A stretch of 63,853 nt of DNA, filler included, from Basidiobolus ranarum (GCA_040143965.1; 5 parts of 5 records of this genome joined end to end with filler, not necessarily neighbours in it); one strand, 5' to 3'; shown: positions 40,250 to 53,720, counted from the whole stretch's first letter. Numbers and translations: made by a program. Notes: generated by a model not told the origin, from the letters alone.

Positions 40250-41566
40250 ATGGGCTGCTGTGCTAGTCAAGAAGAAGTTGATGGTAGACGCGCAAACGAA
40301 GAGATTGAGACTCAACTCAAGCAGGACCGTATCACGCAGAAGAAAGAGGTGAAGATGTTACTTTTAGGTGAGAAATGTTCATAGTCCTACAGTCGGTAGA
40401 CTGCATCACATCTCACAGTACATTTCATTAATGCTTTGGTCTTAGGCGCTGGTGAGTCTGGGAAAAGCACACTAATCAAGCAAATGAAACTAATTCACGA
40501 AGGGGGCTACAGTATTGACGAAAAGGAGGCATTCAGGGAAGTGATATTTTCCAATGCTGCCCAATCCATGAGAGTTATACTCGAAGCGATGGATATCATG
40601 GAAATCCCATTAGCAAATGAGAAGAATGCTATGCATGTGCATACTATCATGGAACTCCCTGAGCAAATTGAAGGAGAATCACTGGCAAGTGATATCACGG
40701 AAGCCATCAAATGTCTCTGGGCAGATGAGAATGTACAACAATGCTTTCATCGTTCTCGAGAATACCAACTAAATGATTCAGCTAGATAGTAAGTAGGAAT
40801 TAGAATTCATTGCACTGAAACTCTCTTAACACAAGTGCCTCTTTAGTTACTTTAGTTCGATCGAACGCATAGGACAACCAAACTACGTTCCTAGTGATCA
40901 GGATGTACTGCGTTCTCGGGTTAAGACTACAGGAATGACCGAAACTGTGTTTGTGATGGGCGACATGACATATCGTATGCTAGATGTGGGTGGCCAGCGT
41001 TCAGAGCGTAAAAAGTGGATCCATTGCTTTGAAAATGTAACAGCCATTGTCTTCATGGTTGCCATCAGTGAATACGATCAAAATCTTATTGAAGATGATA
41101 CAGTGGTAAGTGAGGTCAACAATTCTTAGCAAAGATCGTATTCTAACTTTGAACCTTCCTTTTAGAATCGAATGCAAGAAGCTCTCACATTATTCGACTC
41201 AATATGCAACTCTCGCTGGTTCACCAAAACTTCGGTGATTTTATTCTTAAATAAGATTGATCTGTTCCGAGAGAAGCTAATCACCTCCCCAATGAGTGAT
41301 TATTTTCTGGATTATGATGGTAAGTATAAGCAACATTCACTTGCTACGTAACACAGAATTAACCATAATTCACTATAGGTGGAGAAGACTATGATAAAGC
41401 ATGCGAGTTCATCACCAACTGTTTCAAATCCTTAAATCACTCCAGTTCTAAAAAGATATATACCCACTTTACCTGCGCCACCGATACTCAACAAATCGGA
41501 TTTGTCATGACAGCCGTGAATGACATTCTTATTCAAAGTAATCTTCGAGAGTGTGGTTTATTATGA
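40250..41566 (+). CDS. Heterotrimeric G-protein alpha subunit (fungal group I / Gi-like), 5 exons
   Basis: MGCCAS lipidation motif, [52 protein letters not shown]-terminal ECGLL*. Confidence 0.96.
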
Positions 41567-42359
41567 TTTGACTTAAACTAGACTATTTAATCTATAATGT
41601 ATGTCATAAAAGCTGTACCATGTAGCCTCCATTTCGCCATTGTAAATTATCATCGGAAGTGCTTCACTATACAGTAAGGAATAAAAGTAATTTATATACA
41701 AGTTAGCGTACGAAAATCTCCTTAATATTAAACATCTGATACTCTCATGGAAGTCATAATAGTTTCTAGCCGATAGGTGCACCAGGTTCCGGAATTTCAG
41801 TAACCATACTTTAATCAACCTATGAGCTGATCAGTAGTCGTACATTCATTTGGTCTCAGGGAAAGATAGGGGCTAATATAAGCCAAAAGCATATTAGTTC
41901 ACCTTTCTCTAAAAATATTACATGTACCACAGTTAGTGAACAAAATGAAAGCGATATAGCATGAAGTATGGTTACTATGATACAACACACTTTAAAGTGA
42001 ACACTGTGCAAGGCGAGATATAACTGCAACAGTATCATTCATCATATGTCCGTGTAACTTCAGTAACAATCACAACGATCTTAACAAGCCTCCATGAGGA
42101 CAGGTTTCAGCATAGAAGATTGGTGAGAAAGTATCAATAATGGCTTTACCATCAAACTATCTCAGATTGTTTTGCAATAGTATACTTTATAGGAAGTCAA
42201 CGAAGTAATATACAAAGAGAAGAATTTACTATACAATTATAGGTCAATAGGAATGCTAATAATATGGAATCTTTTGCAAGATCATGAGCGTGAAAAAGAT
42301 AAACAATGGATGTGTGGCTAGGGTAACTTGTAATAACAATGCATTCTTGAATCCACAAT

Positions 42360-43614
42360 TTATGTGCTTAAGCTACGCATTTTTTCGGAATGCTTAATAC
42401 GGCCATTCAGTCTCCACCAAGCTGCACGCATTCTCTCCCTAGTTTTCAAGGCAGGATCAACCAACATTGGGAATCGAGTATAGAATTCATCTGGAAGTTC
42501 CCAAGCGGAAGGATCCTGAGGATCTCCGTGGCAAATAGCCTTGGTTGTAATGAGCTCCCACAATTCGTCAATATCGTAATTGCCTTGCTGCTCAATCATT
42601 AACTCCTTCAACCTTTCACTTGGCACTCGATCGATACGAGGATCATATTCTTTGAACATATACTTGGGCTCCCGGACTGCTGGCATCAAGTTCATAGCCA
42701 CTCCACCATTTATACTTCCGAAATCTGGTGGAGGAATAGTGAGAGCGATTCCATCTGGGAATATGGGTAGATAGCTTCCTTCTAAGATGCCATCTTGAAT
42801 TTTGTCTTCCCCATCAATGTCCAAGGATTTTACATTACTTGTATAGTATGATTTCTCGTTACTTTCCAATAAACCGAATTCAGATATCATACTAGTGCAT
42901 GGGGAAGAGGCTGAGTATTCCATTCCAGATAGATATGAGCCTTCATAAAGATCCAGGCTCACATCACCTCCATAGGATAATGATGGGTAGGACATAGAAT
43001 TCCGTTGATTAGAGCTTGGTAGGCAACCGTTGGACAACGTCACAGGTGTAATCATCACACTGTTGATATTTGAAGTATTGGCTGATGGCGCAAATATATT
43101 ACTATTCATATTTTTATCGGTTGATGGCATAACTTCACATGGTACTGTATCGACTAGCGGGTTATTAAGGCCGGATACAAGATTACGCAACTGTACGTTA
43201 TCATTCTTCAGTATTTGAATCAAGTAGCGTAGTTTTTGATTTTCCCTTCGAAGTTCATTCTGTACTTTATGTTGGCCATCCCGTAACTCTTTAACGCACT
43301 CTTCTAGTTCTTTTAAGTGCCTATCTTTACGCTCACGAAAAGCCCTCTGGGCCGCACGATTTTGAGCTTTACGCAAGGCTGGGGATGCGGGGTTGGGTTT
43401 CCTTCCAGGTTTCTTCTTTTGTGGTGGTTCTATTAACGCAGGAGAATCGAGTTGCATTTCTGGACTATTGGCGGAATCTTTAGGGGGATTCAGTCAGTAT
43501 TCACTATAAGCTATAAAAATCCAAGAATCTTTACTCACCTTCACTGAAAAAATCTTGACCACTACTTTTGGAAGAGTCGGACATGTCTCCAAGTGATTCT
43601 TTGGGAGATAACAT
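42360..43614 (-). CDS. bZIP (AP-1/Yap-like) transcription factor with C-terminal DUF3425-like domain, 2 exons
   Basis: KKKPGRKP...RKAQNRAAQRAFRERKDRHLKELE plus zipper; C-terminal PRIDRVPSERLKELMI...ICHGDPQDPSAWELPDEFYTRF. Upstream exon 43614-43539 (GTGAGT donor) splices in frame. Confidence 0.88.
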
Positions 43615-45275
43615 CAAGGCTACTGAAGGACACAAAAAAGAGAGTTCTATGGTAGGTTTATATAGTGAGTTTGTATGACGATAAATTGAAAACCGAGAAA
43701 TATGCTTTGAGTTGATAAGAGAAAATTGGACAAAATACTGAGGAGGAGTGCCCCTTTAAAACCAAAATCGAACGCACAGGGAAACCATCGACGTATGATC
43801 TATTCATAATAGCTAACCCTAATAAATTCCCATTTGCGAAGCATTAGTTTGCTCTGCCTTCCAATACAGGCTCCTGTTTCACCTTGTAACCTCCAATTGG
43901 CATTAGTATTCGAGTGATAACTTTTTGAGCTTCTGATTGGTCATAGAGTTGAAAAACCATCCTGTCATTTAGTATTGCCCATTATTGTCCTGTTCAAAGA
44001 GGCAACGAACCAACATCAATGATCGAGAAAAATCCCAGGGTGTAACATCTGTTGCAGCAGTAAAACAATGGTGCATTTCAATTCTCACCAAATGGGTTAC
44101 TTGCCGATCCGTAGGATTGTGGCAAAATGTTCAAGGTCGATGAGATCTACCTCACCCCACAATGAGTCTATCCAACCAATTGTTGGCCCTGAGTGAAGTT
44201 GCTATTGGTTGGAACTTATCACCAGACCTGGCTCTCTAGAATGAATTGTCGATTATCTTCAGTCATCTTCTTTATGCTTCTTCAGTTACTCTGCACAGCC
44301 CTTAGCTTGTATCTCCTCGCCTTCTCTTGTTTCCCTTCAGGATATGCTATTATCGCGTAATTTTAGCCTCATCCGAGGAATAGGGAGTACCTTGGATGTT
44401 TGGAAAGCCACTATTGATGGGAGCACGGCTGCTGGTACTTGGAGATTTCATGAAGTCTGAGTCACGTGGGATTTGGTAGAGATCAAATCTCGGGGAAAGG
44501 AAGGTCCGCTGTTTCCTGCTGAAGTGGATCATGTGAGATTCATGCCTGGTCACACAGCAGCGAAGTAGCGCTTACTACGAGAGGCATGGATTGCAAGTAT
44601 CTCTAGTCACCTTTGCCCACTTACACCTACACCTACATCTACACAGATATTTCAATTGAAGTATCATTGCCCATTTTGTTTCTCGTTCTTCCTTTCTTCC
44701 TCTGGTAGCCAAAGCTCATTTTAGTGCACCATTCATACTATAGATAAAACTCCTCCGCAGCAAACCCATGTTTCATAGATTGCGATGCTCCTGTGTTGTA
44801 GAAACACGTCAACAAAATGCAAGGAGTTTAAAATAGCACACAGGTATCAATAACCCACGAGTACAACATTACACAGTCCATACAAAACCGGTATAGATCT
44901 ACTAACCTATTCGGATTTGTCTTCCGAGATCCTTAATATGGCTTTTCACACTTTACCATAAAATTATCTCCAAAAACCCACGTAAAGGTGAGGTAATCTG
45001 AATAATATGCCCAACTACCTCTTTTCCCTAGGAATAGATATGTTTATTCTATATGACTGGGCTATTCATGGGAAAGTCGGACAAATAGAATATCCTTCTA
45101 TTAGTAATGGCAAGATGAGACTTTACACCAAGTTTCACTCAAAGAAATTATCCAAGTTCTACCCAAGAAACTACGCAACTTACCACCTAGTGAGCGAATG
45201 TGGAATACATATATAATTCACCTTACGACTTTAACAATATTTCCACTCATTCTGTGATTAGTGACTCTCTTTGTA

Positions 45276-46067
45276 ATGTCCAAATATATTTATTCCGACA
45301 TCAAATCCAATGGATACGCCATCATCACAATTAAACGGGAGCCTGTTAACTCTATGAACAAGGATGTCTGGGTACAACTTTCGAGGACATTAGATGAGTT
45401 AGAAAGCAATGGTAAAGTGCGTGGGGTGATTTTTCACTCAGGACTAAGTCGATCCATTTTCACCGCTGGTAATGATCTTAATGAACTCTATGCTCCTAAG
45501 ACTACATTGGAGAGATATACTGCCTTTACGGTGACATTGAATCAATTTTTGGCCAAACTCTATCGTTCTAAGCTTATAACTATCTCCGCTATCAGAGGGG
45601 CGTGTCCTGCGGGGGGCTGCTGCCTATCTTTGTGTTGTGACTACCGTATAATGTCCGAAAAAGGACACATTGGGTTGAACGAGGCTGCTTTGGGTATCGC
45701 TGTTCCAACCGTATGGATACAATTGATGTCTTCCATCATTGGTCAAGGTAGAGCAGACAAACTTGTACAATTTGGTTTACTGGTAAACACTAGGGAAGCG
45801 AAAGAATTGGGACTCATTGACGAGGTAGTGATGAATGAACAAGAAGTATTGCTTAGATCCGAGGAGATCATGAAAGAACTACTAAAAACATCAGATATGG
45901 GAAGACAGATCACCAAAGGTCATTTACGTGATGAGTTCGCAATCATGTGGGGGGATGAGAAAAGACTAAAGGAGGAAGCGATCGTGAAATACCAATTACT
46001 TTCGCAACCTAGCACCATCAAGACATTGGATGAAGTATTCATTAGATTACGAAAGTCCAAGATATAA
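45276..46067 (+). CDS. Delta3,Delta2-enoyl-CoA isomerase (crotonase family), probably peroxisomal
   Basis: REPVNSM, FTAGNDLNELYAP, AIRGACPAGGCCLSLCCDYRIM, IGLNEAALGI; C-terminal SKI* (PTS1-like); intronless. Confidence 0.88.
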   Translation: MSKYIYSDIKSNGYAIITIKREPVNSMNKDVWVQLSRTLDELESNGKVRGVIFHSGLSRSIFTAGNDLNELYAPKTTLERYTAFTVTLNQFLAKLYRSKLITISAIRGACPAGGCCLSLCCDYRIMSEKGHIGLNEAALGIAVPTVWIQLMSSIIGQGRADKLVQFGLLVNTREAKELGLIDEVVMNEQEVLLRSEEIMKELLKTSDMGRQITKGHLRDEFAIMWGDEKRLKEEAIVKYQLLSQPSTIKTLDEVFIRLRKSKI

Positions 46068-47702
46068 TAATAAATCGGGAATCGGGAATTGGGAATTGGG
46101 AATATGAATCAATAAAGGACAACTCTAAATTTCAATTCATTCTATTTCATCGCTTATAATTGCCGACTCCCGAGACTGTCACCTGTGCCCAGTCAACTAA
46201 GCACAAGCTAATGGTGGAAATTTGAATCTAACTACCGAATTTGGCCAATTGGATAGGGTTAATAGATTATCATGACGAAATCAGAAGCAATCCTCCTCAT
46301 TTCACCCGTATATCTTCCCCCCTGTATCCTTACAGATTAAATTCAATATAATCACACTTGAGTATCTGGAAGATTAATCCATTCTTGAATACTCCCCTGA
46401 AGGAGTAATCGTGAAGGAGTAATCGATAGATCAAGCTATCTCTCGAGTGGTGCAAGTATCACCAGCACCCAAACCTTGGCACACTACCTCTCCCACACAC
46501 ATGTAAAATTAACGTTTTGATAGCTATATTAAAATCGCACCATCTGCGATATAGAGTGGCGGATTTATGAATGTTGAACCCTAGCCCTTGATTGACCTGC
46601 TCTTCCTATGAACAATTATTCCACCAGGACCTTGTACATCAAAATTTCCCAGTGTATTGGTTAGATGAGTTGGGCGTGATAGTTAACAGTTAGAGTATTA
46701 TAACGAATTAATGTCAGACAGCCAGCCACATATGACTAATACTGTACTGTCACTGACGAAAGCATAAATATCGTTATGGCGATAATGCACAAGCGCTTAG
46801 ACTTGGAAGCATTACAAAGTGTATCAGCTCAGTGCTATATATATATATATGCTACAGGATGTGAGTAAGAATTGTCTATTACACTCCAATTCATTTACCA
46901 CATAAAGACGTGTGAGTATTTTGGAATGCATATTAATTAGAGCATATATGTAGCGTAGGTAAATGTGTAATAAGATCAAGTAACCAATAGACCCTCATAA
47001 GTAAATACGTAGTCCCCAAACAATGGTATATATAGTGAAAGCTAGTAAATATCTATATGGAGAATAGCAAATAGCCAGATATAGTTTGCATAGATTGCAA
47101 ACACTCTAACGCTGAATCCACCTGACAGAACTTCAGTACACAGTTTCCTATCAAGATGTTCCTCAATTAATACTATTCTAGAGCTGCGTTCATGAGAATA
47201 GTTAATTAAGTGTTATTTAGCTTAGGAGCTAGTATAATCCTCCAATACTCATATATCTTGCCAATTTAAATACCATGTGCTGTTATGTCCAATTTTTCAC
47301 TCACATGCGTCTTAGAGCATATATCTTAGAATTGGTTAAACTGAATATGCTAAATATTGAAGACAATTGAAAAGTATATATCTGTAACAGTGTATTGCTA
47401 GTTTAGACTCAACTGAGAAGGACAAAGTATACAGGTTTTGATTTAGGAAACTGGTAGATTGAGAATCAAGAGAAAATTTTTAAAATTCCTGTGTATATTC
47501 AGGCATGGACTGATTTCGACAAGGATTTAGATTTTTAATAGAAGCTCTGGCCAGAAGTACATATATATACTTATAGACCGCTATATAACGTTTTATCGCT
47601 TTGTGAGAAGTTCAGTACTACACAATTCCATAATTCTCAATTTGGAACTACTAGAAATTCTAGGATCCCAGATATCTTTAAAAAGGAGAGATCATTCCTT
47701 TT

Positions 47703-48079
47703 TGTTGAAATTAGCATTGCCTAAACTGTTGAAATTAGCATTGCCTAAACTGTTGAAATTAGCATTGCCTAAACACCTATATAGTCCTATATAGCTCAGT
47801 ATTTAGTTATCTTATATTGAACTAGGATATTACCCATTATTCTCAACAGAAATTTACTTAGAAGTTCTCAGATATATGGATTTTTTTGAACTTGTGCCAG
47901 AAGCCCCAAACTTTGCACACATGTTCCTGGGACCTTTTTAACACATTCTACACGTTGGTTTGTTTAAATCTTGATCAAACTTTAAATGTCAACTGAATAC
48001 TCAATGAATCAATAACTGAAAACCACCAATTTCTCTAATTCTCCTAACCACTTCCAACAGGCTCCCAAATACTTTAACA
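47703..48079 (+). mobile_element. Solo-LTR-like dispersed repeat, copy 1, with its first 24 bp triplicated
   Basis: Begins TGTTGAAATT and ends ACTTTAACA (TG...CA with a short inverted terminus). Flanks CTTTT/CTTTC look like a 5-bp TSD. Reverse-complement homologues at 60740-61087 and 61313-61620. Confidence 0.75.
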
Positions 48080-49205
48080 CTTTCAGCAATAGATACTACA
48101 TCTCAGTACTCAACTATGAATGTACTCCTTGGTACATTAGTCAATGCTGTCACCTATATAATTCGAATGAATCACTCAATTGTCAAGAATATGGATTTCA
48201 GCCTGTGTTGTGCTTGCTTGGTTTTTTTGTAGATTTACATATAATCTTACTCGTATATCCCATCTCAAAAATATCCCGCGAAAGCCACCAGGTATTCTGA
48301 GATCTGAGCCAAAGCAGATAAATGTAATATTTACAAATCAACTGAAATCAAAAAATCTAGAATGCTCTAATTGAAATACTGACCTTCACCTTTATGCATT
48401 GAGATTGACCGTTTCTCGCATGCCTACTATCCATAATTATTGACGAACTCAATTACAGCATTTTGTTTCACAATAACTTTCAGATTCAGTCCATTCTTGG
48501 AGTAATATAGGCCTAATCCTAATTGAAGGATAATATTATAAATTGGATTATAGTGCTTAAAGGAAAGTGTATTACCTTGAAATTCCGCAATGTACAATAT
48601 CACATACATGAGAACAAATTTACTTTTGCCCAGTGTTATTCCGTCTTAAATTTTCTTATCTTTCACAAAAATGTCGCGAATGCCGGAAACAACAATAAAC
48701 AAAGGAACATGTAAATGATATTTGGTATTCGGAATCACTTTTCCCGTAGAAATTGTCCAAGTCATTGCCGAGCGATCAAATCAATACAATCATATTCGAT
48801 TAAATCGATCATACTCTCTTCTCCAGTCGTAACTGGTTTGATTCCAGCAAACTGGAGCATGGTAAATTGAGGGGTAGATTGAATGGGCGGAGAATGGGCA
48901 GATATAAGAAATCTAGCCTACACTATCGTCTATTTTGAGTGCGGCTTATCTTTCAGGCAATACAAGTAATGGTTGGCCAATGGTGTGAAAACTAGGTGAT
49001 TCTTCAACATCGATAAATATCGATCGAGTATGTTGGAAGAAATTTCGCACGCTAAGCAAGAGTTATCTGGAGCAGTGCGTATGCTAGTACGCATACTCAA
49101 CTGACACCTGGTGCGTATACTAGTGTGTATACCACTTACCTAGCCCTAGTGTGTCCCATATACAACAGCAAGCACTTTATGCTAGTATTGGATGAAGCCT
49201 GTTTG

Positions 49206-49320
49206 TGACTCTGTACCACAAACATATATAATGTGAGTCATGCGTAAGTGGAGATGATAAATTATGAGTCATAACCCTCCCTATCTACTTTTGTAATTGA
49301 TTTGATTCAGCTCTGATTCA
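49206..49320 (+). promoter_or_regulatory. Cluster of Gcn4/CpcA (AP-1-type) sites upstream of asparagine synthetase
   Basis: TGACTCT 49206, TGAGTCAT 49234, ATGAGTCAT 49264, TGATTCA 49303 and 49314. Confidence 0.65.
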
Positions 49321-49625
49321 GCTCTCAGATCAAGAGTACCAGGTTATGGGATCGAAGAAACAACCTCAATAGCAGGCGAACATATATAGAATAGAAAAGA
49401 AGTACTCTATGATATGTATGTGCACGCCCAAGTGTAAGGGCGGATAAGGATATGATATCTCTAAAACTAAGTCCAATGTCGCCTTTTCCTCTCTCCTCAC
49501 AAACCCAAACCTTATTTGCCAACCTAAAGAAATGCTGGTATTTTCACCAATTTTCACCAATTTTCACGAAATATACCCAATTGTCTCTAAGAAAGTCAGC
49601 TGATAACAGTCTTGACATTCCTATA

Positions 49626-49679
49626 ATGGGCTTCTCAGGTGACTACGAAACTACCATTTTCACTAGATTGGCAGTATAA
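49626..49679 (+). promoter_or_regulatory. Candidate uORF MGFSGDYETTIFTRLAV in the asparagine synthetase 5' leader
   Basis: ATG in strong context (ataATGG), downstream of a CT-rich putative initiation region at about 49480-49500. No further exonic ATG occurs before the ASN start. Confidence 0.4.
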
Positions 49680-49987
49680 CAAGAGCTGCATCAACGTTCC
49701 CTTGATCCGTACAGGAACTGGTAATAAGCTAGTTCCTCCAATCGGCTCGCAACTATCTCATTCCTTTTTCGACCATTTCCATACCAGGAGGAAGTACAAG
49801 GGCATTGAAGCCTGGCCAAAAATTATACAAAAGGCGAGCGAATCCTTCTACTTTCTAACAACCTTCATCTGTAGTCTTTCTTTGGGTGAACCAGTACTAG
49901 TAGGTTTGTGAGTCATTTTGTACATCGCTTTCGGAGATAATTCCGTTCCTGTTGCTAATTACTAGTTATGTTCTCTCCATGTTAGAA

Positions 49988-51115
49988 ATGTGTGGTATCT
50001 TTGCTGTATTCAACTATCAAGGCGATATTCACGCCTATCGTCAACGTGCTCTTCAATTGTCCAAGAAGTATGTTAATATTGTTATGTTATAATGATACTT
50101 TGAGAGTGAGTTGCTTATCAAATCATTCGAATTTATATAGGCTCAGACATAGAGGTCCTGATTGGAACGGTTGTGTCATTAAGAACAACCACATCTTATG
50201 TCATGAACGTTTGGCTATTGTCGGTGTTGATTCTGGTGCTCAACCCATTGTTAACGATGATGAATCTCTCGTTCTCTCCGTTAACGGTGAAATCTATAAC
50301 CACAAGACTTTGGAGAAGAGTTTAAAGAACCCTACTGAGATGAAGACTCGTTCCGATTGCGAGATCATCCTCCACTTGTATAACGAAATTGACACTGAAG
50401 TTGTCAACAAGCTCGATGGTATGTTCAGTTTCGTCCTTTTGGATGCCAAGAAGAACCGTTTGATCGCTGCCCGTGATCCCATTGGTATCACCACTCTCTA
50501 CCAAGGATGGAACAGTGCTACCCCTGAAACTGTTTACTTTGCCTCCGAACTTAAAGCCTTGAACGAGGATTGTGACAAAATCATTGCTTTCCCTCCTGGT
50601 CATTTCTATGACTCTGCCACCGGAGAAACCGTCCGTTACTTCCAACCTACCTGGTGGGATGAGAACAAAATTGCCTCCAATGCCATTGATTATAAGCTCC
50701 TTAGAGAAAGTTTGGAGAAGGCTGTCCGTAAGAGACTCATGAGTGAAGTACCTTATGGTGTCCTCCTCAGTGGTGGTTTGGATTCTAGTTTGATTGCTTC
50801 TATTGCTTGCCGTGAATCCATCAAACTTGCTGTTGAAAGAGCTATTGAGAGTGATGATGATGTCGACCCAAGTGGTTTGTACACCTGGCCTCGTGTCCAT
50901 TCTTTCTCCATCGGTCTCCCAGGAGCCCCTGATTTGATTGCTGCCCGTAAGGCCGCCAAGTTCTTGAAGACTGTTCATCACGAATATACCTTCAGTCTTC
51001 AAGAAGGTCACGATGCTATTGCCGATATTATTTACCATCTTGAAACTTATGATGTTACCACTGTTCGTGCCAGTACACCTATGTACTTGCTCAGCAGAAA
51101 GATTAAGGCCATGGG
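49988..51115 (+). CDS. ASN1: Glutamine-hydrolysing asparagine synthetase (truncated by contig end)
   Basis: MCGIFA start, intron 50068-50140, [61 protein letters not shown]. Probable 5'UTR intron 49908-49985. Confidence 0.96.
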
Positions 51116-51215
51116 NNNNNNNNNNNNNNNNNNNNNNNNNNNNNNNNNNNNNNNNNNNNTTAATTAATTAANNNNNNNNNNNNNNNNNNNNNNNNNNNNN
51201 NNNNNNNNNNNNNNN
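51116..51215. other. Artificial contig spacer
   Basis: N44-TTAATTAATTAA-N44. Confidence 0.99.
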
Positions 51216-52169
<954 letters not shown>

Positions 52170-52706
52170 GACTACAGTTGAGTACAAGGTAAAGCCTACG
52201 TTACAAGCAGGTGGCTATAAAATATGACTTGGTAGAGAGGGAAAATTTTGGGTCAGTCATGACTGGTGTTCCAGGGCCATCCCATGAAATTAATTTTTAT
52301 TGGAAGATACATCAAGACGGAATACCAAGAGAGTGGGGAATTGTCGGAGGAGGAATGGGGAAGGACTTTTTTTCAAGCGACTATGTGTGGGGAATCCTTT
52401 TGGGGACCAAATCAATTACGTCTTTTCATGGAGTAAGTTTCCTCTGATAATTGTGAATGTCATTTAAGCTATTCACCGTTTAAGCCATTGACCGTCTTAC
52501 ACAGTATGATTGCAAACCTTCAACTTTGATTATTGCCGTGTGATTAACTACACACATAAACTACACACGTTTCACGATTGAATGCATAAATGAATAATAT
52601 GAGCATAGAGCCATCAAAAAGCATTTGTTGATGTAAATTCTAAATATACGGATGTATGAGCTTTATTAAGTGGTTGAGCGAGTGGGAAAATACATTATAG
52701 ATCCAT

Positions 52707-53568
52707 TTAATTCTTATAACCACGACTAGCGCGACGACCTCTGGCACGTTCGAACTTACGTCCCTTGGAGCGAACATAAGGCTTAGCGTGGGACTTGGGA
52801 ACACCAGCAGCGCCAAAGTGCTTAACAGCTTCACGAGAGTTCTTAGGACCACGAAGCAAGATTGTGTTAGCACCGGTAGGGGAACGAAGAGCCAATTGAT
52901 CGAAAGTGATAATCTCTCCACCAGCCTTAAGAATTCTAGCACGAGCAGTCTTGGTCACACGAAGAGCGCAAACTGAAAGCTTAGGAACTTCCAAAAGACG
53001 CTCATCATCGGTAACTGTACCAACAACAACAGCGATCTTGTTCTCCTTACCCTTGGCATAACGAGCCAAGCGAGAGATAGAAAGAGGAGCGCGGTTGACA
53101 CGGGACATAAAAAGTCTCTTCAAGATAACTTTGTTGAAGTTAGCGTCGGTACGACGGGCAAGGAAACGGTACAACTTGACTAAAAGACGAAGGTACACAT
53201 CTTGACTGCGAGGCTCACTACGGCTGCCATTCTTGACGTGATGCTTCTTGATATCAATACCCTACAGACAATCACAATAACTGTTTAGTATTTTCGATGT
53301 GTGCAAAAAGATCCTCTAGTCGTGTTATGTTCAGTCAAGGGTGGAGTGTTTGTGAAATACAGGAATGACAAAGAGACAGATGTATGCAACATGACATCCA
53401 AATGGATATGCAATCGATTCTTGTACACAACAACTACGTACTATTATTTATGTTGGAGGAAGTGTGGAGGAAAGGCCGGGAAACTAACAATATTTACCTA
53501 TGACTGATATCACAAACAACCAAATTCTCTAGTAGTAAGAAGAATTAATCACAGCTCTTACTAACCAT
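52707..53568 (-). CDS. RPL18: 60S ribosomal protein L18 (eL18); ATG-only first exon, 304-nt intron
   Basis: [11 protein letters not shown]...[16 protein letters not shown]...[25 protein letters not shown]; intron 53565-53262. Confidence 0.97.
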
Positions 53569-53706
53569 CTTTAAGTAATAAACGTCCGCTCAACGGGGAA
53601 AAGTTTGAGAGAGAAAGACTCAATCCGTAAACAGTCAGAAATTTCTTTTATTTCTGGACCCGGGAATTTTACTTTTACTCACCAGGGCATTTTTGGTGAT
53701 GATTCT

Positions 53707-53720
53707 GGTTAGGGTTAGGT
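53707..53720. promoter_or_regulatory. Telomere-like (TTAGGG; telobox/Tbf1-type) motif in the RPL18-SEC61 divergent promoter
   Basis: GGTTAGGGTTAGGT about 140 bp upstream of the RPL18 ATG. Confidence 0.5.

Noticed and set aside
46076..46425. Short tandem repeats (T(C/T)GGGAA x4 near 46076; 14-bp duplication 46398-46425; also 12-bp near 39010 and 10-bp x3 at 49541)
   Set aside because: These are ordinary slippage duplications with no spacers, so they are not CRISPR-like.
12727..51215. Regularly spaced TTAATTAATTAA palindromes within N runs, and any gene linkage across them
   Set aside because: They are artificial joins between length-sorted contigs, so neighbourhoods such as SUB2-PMT2 or ASN-ATP2 are not real.
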